A stretch of DNA of 43,648 nucleotides from positions 1 to 43,648 of the forward strand of contig CAYUUC010000002.1 in the NCBI GenBank assembly GCA_964447635.1, in the 5' to 3' direction. Below, in pieces: positions 1 to 8,328 of the stretch. Position 1 is the first letter of the stretch. Each line of letters begins with the position of its first letter. Position numbers and translations under genes: made by a program. The DNA comes from an uncultured Spirochaetia bacterium. GTDB taxonomy: Bacteria; Spirochaetota; UBA6919; CAYUUC01. The notes under the pieces are model-generated. The model made no database searches, was not told where the DNA came from, and worked only from the letters and a program-made list of their open reading frames with translations.

Positions 1-30
1 AAGAAAATATTAATTAATTTTATAGGAAAC

Positions 31-58
31 TTGACAAATAGTTGGTTATTATTATATT
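31..58 (+). promoter_or_regulatory. Candidate sigma70-type promoter of the metal ABC operon (TTGACA at 31-36, 16-nt spacer, TATATT at 53-58)
   Basis: Consensus -35 hexamer and a near-consensus -10 read directly. It lies just upstream of the palindromic operator and the first gene. AT-rich DNA produces -10-like hexamers by chance. Confidence 0.4.
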
Positions 59-61
59 TAA

Positions 62-82
62 TGAGATTGAGATTAAATCTCA
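62..82. promoter_or_regulatory. Metalloregulator operator: perfect 7-1-7 palindrome TGAGATT-A-AATCTCA (68-82), preceded by an extra TGAGATT half-site (62-68)
   Basis: Perfect inverted repeat read directly. It lies between the candidate -10 and the RBS, 19 nt before the ATG at 102. The same motif recurs at 26260-26274 and 26562-26576 in front of feoA and feoB. Confidence 0.6.
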
Positions 83-101
83 TTTAAAAAGGGAGGATAT
101 T

Positions 102-1034
102 ATGAATATGGATAGAAAAAGATTAATAGTAATACTGCTTGTGATAGCTTTATTTATGGTTTTATTTGCTTGTAGAGAACAAGAAGCTGAGGAGGGGGGT
201 AAACCCGTGGTAGTAACTACTACCGGGCAAATATGGGATGCTGTAAGGAATATTGCTGGGGATGCTGTTGTTGTATACAATCTATTGGGACCGGGGATAA
301 ACCCGCATTCCTATATACCCACGGAAAGCGATATGAGCCTTTTTGCACGGTCTGACATTATCCTTTGGAATGGTTTATTCTTAGAAGCTAATCTCACAAA
401 GGTGCTAAAAAGCATGAATAAGGCATATGTGGTCAATAGTGAGGTTCCTGAACAGATGTTTATAGGATGGGAAGGAGAAGAAAAGGAGTATGACCCGCAT
501 ACATGGAATAACCCTGAGATATGGACCTATGTGGTTAAGTATATTACCAAAAAGTTATCCGGGTTAGACCCTGGGAATGAAGAATTGTTTAAATCAAACT
601 CTGAGAAATATATACAGCAAATCGAAGATATGGATATTTATATACAATCACAGATAGAGAAGATACCACCAGAAAGAAGGACTGTTATAACATCACATGA
701 TGCTTTTAACTATTATGGGGATAGATACGGCATTGATATGCGTGCTATTCAAGGAATAAGTACCGAGACCGAAGCAGGGACTAAGGATATAGCCGATTTA
801 GCCAAACTGGTGGTTGAAGAAAAAGTCCCGGCTGTGTTTGTGGAGACCTCACTTAGTCCCAAACTCATCCAAGCATTGGTCGATGCTGTTAAAGCACGGG
901 GATATGCTGACTTCAAAGGGATAGGAGGGGAGTTATACTCAGACGCCCTTGGTGAGAAAGGGACAGAGGCGGAGTCTTATCTTGGTATGTTAAAACATAA
1001 TACCGATACCATCGTAAAGGCATACACTGAATAA
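102..1034 (+). CDS. Metal (Mn/Zn/Fe) ABC transporter substrate-binding lipoprotein, TroA/ZnuA/MntC cluster-9 family
   Basis: Lipoprotein signal ending in the lipobox LFAC. Family motifs NPHSY, DPHTW and SHDAFNYYGDRYG. I prefer the ATG at 102 (GGGAGG at 91-96) over the ORF-track start at 42. Confidence 0.9.
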   Translation: MNMDRKRLIVILLVIALFMVLFACREQEAEEGGKPVVVTTTGQIWDAVRNIAGDAVVVYNLLGPGINPHSYIPTESDMSLFARSDIILWNGLFLEANLTKVLKSMNKAYVVNSEVPEQMFIGWEGEEKEYDPHTWNNPEIWTYVVKYITKKLSGLDPGNEELFKSNSEKYIQQIEDMDIYIQSQIEKIPPERRTVITSHDAFNYYGDRYGIDMRAIQGISTETEAGTKDIADLAKLVVEEKVPAVFVETSLSPKLIQALVDAVKARGYADFKGIGGELYSDALGEKGTEAESYLGMLKHNTDTIVKAYTE

Positions 1035-1124
1035 GAGGTTAATCTTATCTATATTATTGTCTATACACGGTAAAACCATTACACTTAATATAAATATCTA
1101 TCAATTCAGGAGTAAGATGAAACC

Positions 1125-1889
1125 ATGAAAAAGACTGAAAGTGCTATTTATATAGAAGATATGACAGTAGCATATGATGTAAAGCCTGTCCTATGGGATA
1201 TCGACCTGGAAGTCCCTCATGGAGTATTGATGGCAATAATAGGACCGAATGGCGCAGGTAAATCCACTATGATTAAGTCTATTCTTAATATCATACCTCT
1301 ATCCACCGGTATTATCCGGATTTTTGGGAAGCCATATAAATCGGTAGCTAAACAAGTAGGATATGTCCCGCAACGTAACTCAGTAGATTGGGATTTCCCA
1401 ACCACTGTCTTTGATGTGGTTATGATGGGCAGGTATGGTCATCTAGGATGGATTAAAAGACCGGGCAGGAAGGATAAAGAACTTGTTGGAGAGGCTATTG
1501 ATAAAGTTGGTATGAGTGAGTATAAGAATCGACAGATTTCCGAACTATCCGGTGGTCAGCAACAGAGGCTCTTCCTAGCCAGGGCTTTAGTTCAGGACGC
1601 TGAACTATACCTGATGGATGAACCATACCAGGGGGTGGATGCAACCACAGAAAAAGCTATATCTAATATACTGAAGGAATTCCGTAATATTGGAAAAACC
1701 ATTGTCGTCGTACATCATGACTTGGAGACTGTCAAAGACTACTTCGATTGGATAACCATCCTTAATGTCAAGCTAGTAGACAGCGGACCAATGGATGATG
1801 TTTTTACCGTAGACAATCTGAAAGAGGCATATGGCGGTTCTATCTCTACATTAGAAAAGAAAGTAGACAATTTAAATGTAAAACAATAA
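1125..1889 (+). CDS. Metal ABC transporter ATP-binding protein (TroB/ZnuC/MntB-like)
   Basis: Walker A GPNGAGKST, signature LSGGQQQR, Walker B LYLMDEP, H-loop VVHHD. AGGAG RBS upstream. Confidence 0.93.
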   Translation: MKKTESAIYIEDMTVAYDVKPVLWDIDLEVPHGVLMAIIGPNGAGKSTMIKSILNIIPLSTGIIRIFGKPYKSVAKQVGYVPQRNSVDWDFPTTVFDVVMMGRYGHLGWIKRPGRKDKELVGEAIDKVGMSEYKNRQISELSGGQQQRLFLARALVQDAELYLMDEPYQGVDATTEKAISNILKEFRNIGKTIVVVHHDLETVKDYFDWITILNVKLVDSGPMDDVFTVDNLKEAYGGSISTLEKKVDNLNVKQ

Positions 1890-1901
1890 GGGATTATATC
1901 G

Positions 1902-3026
1902 ATGGAAGGATTATTAGAACTAATATACAACCTCTTCTTTGATTATACATTAAGGACTGTAGCATTAGGCGGTATCATCATTGGCATAACTGCTGGTGCT
2001 CTGGGTTCTTTCCTGGTTTTGAGAAGGCAGAGCTTATTGGGAGATTCCATCTCTCATTCGGTCTTACCTGGGGTCATACTTGCTTTCATGGTTTTTAATC
2101 AGAAGGAGCCTTTCATATTAGTAGTTGGAGCTTTAGTCATGGGTTGGTTAAGCACTCTTTTTGTGATGTGGGTAACAAAAAGCTCCAGAATCAAGGATGA
2201 TAGTGCTTTAGGTATAGCCTTATCCGTGTTCTTCTCGCTGGGTATAGTGTTATTGGTTATGTTAGAGAGGATAGGATACAGTTCAACTGCTGGTTTGGAT
2301 GATTATATATTCGGAAAGGCTGCCGCTATAAGGATGAATGATGTATATATAATCACAATCTTCGGTGGTATAGCGATTATCATGTTAATATTGTTCTGGA
2401 AGGAGTTTAAGCTGTTAGCCTTCAATAGGGAGTTCGGGGAGGCTAATGGTCTACCGATGAACCTCCTGGATGTTGTTTTAACTACTGTGATGGTTATAAG
2501 TATTGTAATCGGGCTACAGATGATGGGTGTGGTTCTAATGAGTGCTATGCTTATCGGTCCAGCTGTTTCGGCAAGACAATGGGTAAACAGTTTAGGAGCA
2601 ATGGTTATCTTAGCTTCGGTCTTCGGAGCTATATCTGGTGTTTTCGGGGCTGTGATTAGTTACATGGGTAGTAATCTTCCCACTGGTCCTTTTATCACTA
2701 TTGTGATAACGGTTATTGTGATTATATCCATTCTTTTCGCTCCTAAACGTGGACTATTTTTTAAGCTTTCTACGAGGATAAACAACCGTAATCGATTTAA
2801 GCAAAACACGATGTTAACCCATTTATACCACCATAGAGATACTGTTTATAACTATTATTACCCGATGTCGTTTTTCGAAATAAGCGAAAAAGGTGTTGAG
2901 CAGAGAGTTATGACTAAAATTATTAATAAAGGTTATCTTAGTAAAGAGAAGGATGGTTTTGTCCTTACAGAAAAGGGAATAGAAAAGGCAAGAGATGTAT
3001 TAGAAAGGATGTATGATAAGGATTAG
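1902..3026 (+). CDS. Metal ABC transporter permease (TroC-like) with a C-terminal ~85-aa DtxR-type winged-helix extension
   Basis: Polytopic ABC-3 permease body ending at FAPKRGLF. A soluble tail follows (aa 290-374) with the pattern KINKGYLSKEKDGFVLTEKGIEKARDVLE, typical of iron-dependent repressor N-domains. Confidence 0.85.
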   Translation: MEGLLELIYNLFFDYTLRTVALGGIIIGITAGALGSFLVLRRQSLLGDSISHSVLPGVILAFMVFNQKEPFILVVGALVMGWLSTLFVMWVTKSSRIKDDSALGIALSVFFSLGIVLLVMLERIGYSSTAGLDDYIFGKAAAIRMNDVYIITIFGGIAIIMLILFWKEFKLLAFNREFGEANGLPMNLLDVVLTTVMVISIVIGLQMMGVVLMSAMLIGPAVSARQWVNSLGAMVILASVFGAISGVFGAVISYMGSNLPTGPFITIVITVIVIISILFAPKRGLFFKLSTRINNRNRFKQNTMLTHLYHHRDTVYNYYYPMSFFEISEKGVEQRVMTKIINKGYLSKEKDGFVLTEKGIEKARDVLERMYDKD

Positions 3027-3031
3027 ATATT

Positions 3032-4195
3032 ATGGATTATATCATTAATGTTCAGATTCTCTCTGTGTTAACGGGAATAGCATGTGCTTTGCCCGGAGTC
3101 TTCCTTGTATTAAGGCGGATGTCGTTAATAAGCGATGCCATCGCTCATTCAGTCTTACTCGGTATAGTGTTAAGCTTCTTCATCATTAAGACCCTGGATT
3201 CCCCATTACTATCCATAGGAGCGAGTATTACCGGGGTATTGCTGGTAGTAGTAATCGAGCTCATCCAGAAATCCAATCTGATAAAGGAGGATGCGGCTAT
3301 CGGCATCGGGTTCACTGCTTTCTTTGCTATAGCTATCATTCTTATCACGGGTTTCGCTGAGAATGTTCATTTGGACATGGATATCGTATATGCTGGTGAC
3401 TTATCTCTATCAGCCTTCGTTCAGGTAGAGGTTTTTGGATTCTCCATACCGGTAGGGTTTATCTCTATGGGGATTGTTTTGGTCTTTAACCTAATCTTTA
3501 TAGGGCTTTTCTACAAGGAGCTGAAGCTATCCACATTCGACCCTGCTTTATCTTATACATTAGGATTTTCGCCTGCCATCATCAATTATGCTTTGATGGG
3601 ATTGGTGTCTTTTACTTCGGTTGAGGCTTTTGACCTGGTTGGTAGCATATTAGTGGTTGCATTGATGATTGTACCGGCTGCTTCGGCCTATCTACTGGTT
3701 GATAAGGTATCACATATGTTAATCATAGCAGCAATATTAGGTGGGGTTAGTGGTATATCGGGCTATTGGGTAGCTAACCAATTCAACACTAATATATCGG
3801 CAAGTATTGCAATAGTAACCGGTATTATCTTTATGATATCTTTCCTTTTCTCACCCAAAAGAGGTTTTGTATCGAATATAATACAAAGAAAAAAGCAGAA
3901 GAAGGATTTCCTAATACTCACTATTATATTCCACCTTCTACAGCATGAAGACACCGATAGACAAAGACAGGAATCTAATCCCAAAACCATTCACCAGCAT
4001 CTTAACTGGAGCAGAGACTTTACTCTAAATCTATTGATAGAAGCGGAAAAGCGTAACCTAATTAGAGAAGATGATGGTATACTCAAGCTAACTCCTAAAG
4101 GACATAAGAGGGCTTATGAATGCCGAGTTCACCCACGGAAAGACCATCTCAAAGTTAAACTTCAGGAAGCTAATATTAAAGTAAAAAACCAATAA
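3032..4195 (+). CDS. Metal ABC transporter permease (TroD-like) with a C-terminal ~105-aa DtxR-type winged-helix extension
   Basis: ABC-3 permease body ending at FSPKRGFV. The tail (aa 281-387) contains ...IEAEKRNLIREDDGILKLTPKGHKRAYE, which matches the DtxR wing and recognition-helix pattern. Confidence 0.85.
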   Translation: MDYIINVQILSVLTGIACALPGVFLVLRRMSLISDAIAHSVLLGIVLSFFIIKTLDSPLLSIGASITGVLLVVVIELIQKSNLIKEDAAIGIGFTAFFAIAIILITGFAENVHLDMDIVYAGDLSLSAFVQVEVFGFSIPVGFISMGIVLVFNLIFIGLFYKELKLSTFDPALSYTLGFSPAIINYALMGLVSFTSVEAFDLVGSILVVALMIVPAASAYLLVDKVSHMLIIAAILGGVSGISGYWVANQFNTNISASIAIVTGIIFMISFLFSPKRGFVSNIIQRKKQKKDFLILTIIFHLLQHEDTDRQRQESNPKTIHQHLNWSRDFTLNLLIEAEKRNLIREDDGILKLTPKGHKRAYECRVHPRKDHLKVKLQEANIKVKNQ

Positions 4196-4344
4196 AAAAT
4201 TATAACCATATTAAATTTTTAAGCATCTCTATCCGTTAATTAATTATCTATCTATAATTATTACCAAACTGTCAATAATGTATTATCTTAATATATAGAA
4301 CCGTATTGGGAGGGGGAAATATGACTTAAAAGGAACGCTATAAA

Positions 4345-5085
4345 ATGATTACCCAATACGGAATTGCTGAATTAGAAAACCATAGAAAGATAAATAAAGC
4401 TTTTAATAATCTGAACCCGGATTTTAAGAAACCAAGGCTATTTGAACCTTTACGAATAAGGCTAAACAAATCAAAACCATATATCGCTGAGGACCATGTA
4501 TACCGCTGGAATGAATTTAAAGAAGCCAAACCACTAAAGGATTTGATGAAAGGTCTACCTGAATATATGCTTGAGGTTGGCTATGAGTTCGGAATAGAGG
4601 TGGTGAGTCTTACCCGTAAACAGATTTACGATAAAGTGATTAATTTTCGAGGAAAGAGAATCCGCATACAGATAGAAAACTTTATGGAATTGGAGCAAGC
4701 GGGGTGTTATGAGCCAGGAGCAAGGCTGGTTACGATAAATAATAGATATCTTTCGGAAAAAAACCGCAATCCATATAATCCAATGACATACTTTATGGGG
4801 AAGGCATTCCAGCATGCAATCCTCAGCAATCCAAACCTACTCAAAGTCCCCGAGCATCTAATATCCTATGATAATCGATTTCTACCATATTATGTAATCA
4901 GGTACGCTCTTAGAAAGGGTAGGAATTACTTTTCACTCTCTGTGGAAGAGTTCCTTAGTGAAAATCGTTGGCAGAAGCTGAAAGAAGAAGACCGGCCGAT
5001 GTTCCGATTCCTGGAAATGCTTTTTGGGAAGCATGAATCCACAATCCATGAAGAAGAACTTACCGGAATCGAATATATACATTAA
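4345..5085 (+). CDS. Hypothetical protein (246 aa), no recognisable domain
   Basis: Long ORF with a weak AAAGGAA RBS. No motif I can assign. It is preceded by an in-frame 2-codon mini-ORF with a much stronger SD (see findings). Confidence 0.6.
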   Translation: MITQYGIAELENHRKINKAFNNLNPDFKKPRLFEPLRIRLNKSKPYIAEDHVYRWNEFKEAKPLKDLMKGLPEYMLEVGYEFGIEVVSLTRKQIYDKVINFRGKRIRIQIENFMELEQAGCYEPGARLVTINNRYLSEKNRNPYNPMTYFMGKAFQHAILSNPNLLKVPEHLISYDNRFLPYYVIRYALRKGRNYFSLSVEEFLSENRWQKLKEEDRPMFRFLEMLFGKHESTIHEEELTGIEYIH

Positions 5086-5093
5086 TGATACAA

Positions 5094-5747
5094 TCAACCT
5101 ATTGGAGGGATTTTAAGAGAGCTTAATGGGCTAACTTCCATATCTGCTGGATTGATCGAGTATTCCCTTTTTAGATGGTTTATGGCGTTATCCTGGTTAT
5201 TATAGAACTCGATGTATGTATCTATTGCGTAATCGATTGTATCATCTGTTTCCTTTCCGGGTTTGATTATATGAATCTCACCAGCATATACCTTATTTGA
5301 ATCATCATCAATATTGAGTAAAGCCCCTGTAGGAATGATATGTATATCATCATCAATTCCTAAATAAAGATAGATAAGCGAATGCGGTTCTCTATCCATC
5401 TCAATCATAAAATAGCCATCATTGTCCAAAGATACATCATAGAAAATAGTCTCATCTGCACGGTTCTGAGGGGTTAACAGCTTATCTAATGATATGAAAC
5501 CCAGCTGTATCGTCTCTTTATCCAAAATTTGAGGTGTATTTTCGATATAGTAGACCACTCTGGAAATGATTACAGCTTTGTCCCGGTTTATATCACTTAA
5601 ATCTATCTCTCCAACATGGACTACACGCCGACCATCCTCTAACTCTTCCTCAATTGATGTAATGTGGTCTGTTCCAGTACAATCTAAGATAAGTAAGAAG
5701 GCTAATAACGAGGTCAGTATTAGATATACAATGTATTTATCTTTCAT
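5094..5747 (-). CDS. Hypothetical secreted protein or lipoprotein (217 aa)
   Basis: N-terminal signal peptide MKDKYIVYLILTSLLAFLLILDC with a Cys at the end of the hydrophobic core (atypical lipobox). It lies 38 nt downstream of the 5786-7165 gene on the same strand. Confidence 0.6.
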   Translation of the reverse strand: MKDKYIVYLILTSLLAFLLILDCTGTDHITSIEEELEDGRRVVHVGEIDLSDINRDKAVIISRVVYYIENTPQILDKETIQLGFISLDKLLTPQNRADETIFYDVSLDNDGYFMIEMDREPHSLIYLYLGIDDDIHIIPTGALLNIDDDSNKVYAGEIHIIKPGKETDDTIDYAIDTYIEFYNNQDNAINHLKREYSINPADMEVSPLSSLKIPPIG

Positions 5748-5785
5748 ATTGGTAACCTAAATATAGTTTTTATCGTAGATAATAG

Positions 5786-7165
5786 TTATGGCTTTTCTAT
5801 ACTTCGATTCTCGACTTTATTCAATGTATCCCGAATGATGGTTTGGTCTTGAATTTCTATCTCCTTTAGTATCCGCTCCAATTTTTCAACATCATCTATT
5901 CTCCTTGCCAGGTCTATCTTTCTTTTATCGATGAATTCGTTTAGACTTTTAGTTGATACGGCAACAAAGGAGTTTTCCTCATTGTTATCCGAAGATGAGA
6001 CGAGTGTTCCAGCAGTATCATCCATGTTTTCCAGTAAATCCTGAGCCAACATAAGGCTGGCAAGAGCTTCTTCGCTTTGTCCCAGACGATTATAAGCAAT
6101 AGATAGGTTTTTATATACTTCAGGGGATTTTGAATACAGGTCTGACGCCCCTTGAAACATCATTAAAGCATTCCTAATCTCACCCATATGATAAAGCAAT
6201 ACACCGTTATTATTGAGTAATTGCCATAATTGGGTGTCTTCATCTATGCTTCTGGTATAGATATCTCTTATTTCGTTCTTTCCATCATTGTTTATGAACA
6301 TCGCTGTTCCTAATATGAAATTAGCAGGAGGAAAATCCTTATACTCGTCTTGAGATACAATCTGACTGGTTATTTTAATCGACTTCTGTTCTTCACCATT
6401 CAATAGACTTAGGTTTGCTGTAATTAAGTCAGACCTAACTTTGTTTGATATTGGATAAGAGCGTATATCATTTCTCGCATCCCTTACCAGTACAAGTTCT
6501 TCCAGGTCTTTAGCAAAATCTTTCAAATATCCCAGTTCATCTGCTGCTGTTCCGAATATGTATCTCGATAAGTCTCCTAAAACTGGTGTGCGGGGGAAAA
6601 CCAAACCAACAACTATCGAGAATATGAATAAGATTATCACAATCCCTATTATCGAAAGCAATGTGGAAAGGCTAGAGCGTTTGACCTTAACATTCGTACT
6701 CTCCTTATAGAAATGGTTTAACACTTTCTTATGATTGTATAACAGTTTTTCGATTCTATTAGCATCCCAGATTTCCAGCTGTGGGACTTTAAGTCCCATT
6801 TTTTTTGCTTCCTCTTTCATGAATAGTCGTTTCTTTTCGCCAACTTCGCTTGATGTCATAATGACAAAAGCATCTGGCTTTATACCATCTTCGACTGTTT
6901 TTTCTTTTAGCAACTGAAGTATCTTTTGGATGTCACGATTGGATAAGTCTCGGTATCGTTTAACCTGAAAGTAGTATAACTGTTTCCCTCTCTTAGCCGA
7001 TATATCAACAGCTTTAGTGTTTTGTACGCCAATCTGATGTACGCTCTTATACTCCGGCATATCATCTATCAACCAATAGCACATGTTTTCAAACTCATCA
7101 CCGGAAAGTGCATTGAAATCGATTTTCATGGGTTTATAACTCAAATTCCTTTTCTCTTTTGTCAT
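5786..7165 (-). CDS. Membrane-anchored restriction-endonuclease-fold (Mrr_cat-like) protein with a C-terminal TPR-like domain
   Basis: N-terminal FENMCYWLIDDM...AVDISA...YYFQVKRY matches the Mrr_cat D...QxK core. One TM helix (LSTLLSIIGIVIILFIFSIVVGLVF). TPR-like C-terminus (PEVYKNLSIAYNRLGQSEEALASL). I prefer the ATG at 7165 (AGGTGA 5 nt upstream) over the GTG at 7174. Confidence 0.7.
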   Translation of the reverse strand: MTKEKRNLSYKPMKIDFNALSGDEFENMCYWLIDDMPEYKSVHQIGVQNTKAVDISAKRGKQLYYFQVKRYRDLSNRDIQKILQLLKEKTVEDGIKPDAFVIMTSSEVGEKKRLFMKEEAKKMGLKVPQLEIWDANRIEKLLYNHKKVLNHFYKESTNVKVKRSSLSTLLSIIGIVIILFIFSIVVGLVFPRTPVLGDLSRYIFGTAADELGYLKDFAKDLEELVLVRDARNDIRSYPISNKVRSDLITANLSLLNGEEQKSIKITSQIVSQDEYKDFPPANFILGTAMFINNDGKNEIRDIYTRSIDEDTQLWQLLNNNGVLLYHMGEIRNALMMFQGASDLYSKSPEVYKNLSIAYNRLGQSEEALASLMLAQDLLENMDDTAGTLVSSSDNNEENSFVAVSTKSLNEFIDKRKIDLARRIDDVEKLERILKEIEIQDQTIIRDTLNKVENRSIEKP

Positions 7166-7392
7166 GGTTTTCACCTATTATCTATTAAAAAATTCTTTGT
7201 AAATAGTCTAAATTTATTTTTTTATTTTCATTCCGTCAAGTCAATATCAATTATAAATCCCGGTTTTTATTTAATTAACAGGCTTTATGGAGATAATAGA
7301 AATTTAAGTCAATTTTGCTAAAACATATTATTTTATAAATTTGGTTAAATATCGTCTTATTAGTTAGACCAGTATAGATGTAGGAGGTGTAA

Positions 7393-8295
7393 ATGAAACA
7401 TAAATCTTTATTAGCCTATTTCATTATATTAATCACATTGTGTTCCATTTTTGTTATCCTAATGAAAGTCTTAGGTCAATCGGGTGTGTATCTTGCCCAG
7501 GCTTATATGCTGACACCAGCGATAGCAGCATTGCTAACACGGGCTTTATTTTATGATAAAGGTTTTTCAGATGCTAACCTTCGTTTTGGCAAACTCAAGC
7601 ATTACCTTATCTTCTGGCTAATCTCACTCGGTATTACAGCGTTATCATACATGATGTACACCGTTCTCGGTGCGGTGAGTTGGGATTTCACCGGAGGAGC
7701 TCTCCTGAGTAAGCTTCAAGAGCAGTTTGCCATGACCGGTCAAAACATAGATGAGACTTTACCACCGGGTTTTACACCCCAGATGATGATAATACTCTTT
7801 ACAATAGGTGGTTTAACCGTTTTCAATTTACTTCCGGGTATAATAACCGGTTTTGGTGAAGAATTCGGGCATCGTGGCTTCATGTTCCCACAACTGTACA
7901 AGATTAAACCCTGGTTTGCTTTTATCATTGGAGGTACGATTTGGTTTGCTTGGCATTTGCCTCTGTCTTTCGTTAGTGGTCAAGAGATAACGATTAATCC
8001 TGAATATTTCCTTAATCTGCTTATCTTGCTTGCAGGGAGTCTATGCACCTTCTTCTACCTTGCTTATGTATATGTTAAGACTGAGAGTGTTTTTGTGACG
8101 GCGATAGCACATATTGTTATGAACAACTCCGCTGCTTCCTTCTCATACTATGCTGTTATCGAAAACCAAACCTTAGCCAATCTCGGTTTAACCTTGACTA
8201 TGGTCTTCGTTGGGTTAATGATTTACTTGACTGGAGAGCATCGGGAATTTGAAAAATACTTTAATACTGATGGTATCGAAAATCAACAATATTGA
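7393..8295 (+). CDS. CPBP family intramembrane glutamic endopeptidase (CAAX protease-like)
   Basis: Polytopic membrane protein with motif 1 EEFGHRGF, then FAWHLP and AIAHIVMN. AGGAGG RBS. Confidence 0.85.
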   Translation: MKHKSLLAYFIILITLCSIFVILMKVLGQSGVYLAQAYMLTPAIAALLTRALFYDKGFSDANLRFGKLKHYLIFWLISLGITALSYMMYTVLGAVSWDFTGGALLSKLQEQFAMTGQNIDETLPPGFTPQMMIILFTIGGLTVFNLLPGIITGFGEEFGHRGFMFPQLYKIKPWFAFIIGGTIWFAWHLPLSFVSGQEITINPEYFLNLLILLAGSLCTFFYLAYVYVKTESVFVTAIAHIVMNNSAASFSYYAVIENQTLANLGLTLTMVFVGLMIYLTGEHREFEKYFNTDGIENQQY

Positions 8296-8328
8296 TTGTA
8301 TAGATTAGCTTTTGATAAGGGGAATTAT

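Noticed and set aside
42-101. ORF-track N-terminal extension (MVIIIFNEIEIKSHLKREDI) of the metal-binding lipoprotein.
   Set aside because: The extension overlaps the palindromic operator and the GGGAGG RBS. The ATG at 102 gives a normal lipoprotein signal peptide with proper SD spacing.
7022-7321. 99-aa + strand ORF spanning the 5' end of the 5786-7165 gene and the intergenic region.
   Set aside because: It is antisense to a well-supported CDS, has a low-complexity hydrophobic translation and no RBS. It is typical of spurious ORFs in AT-rich DNA.
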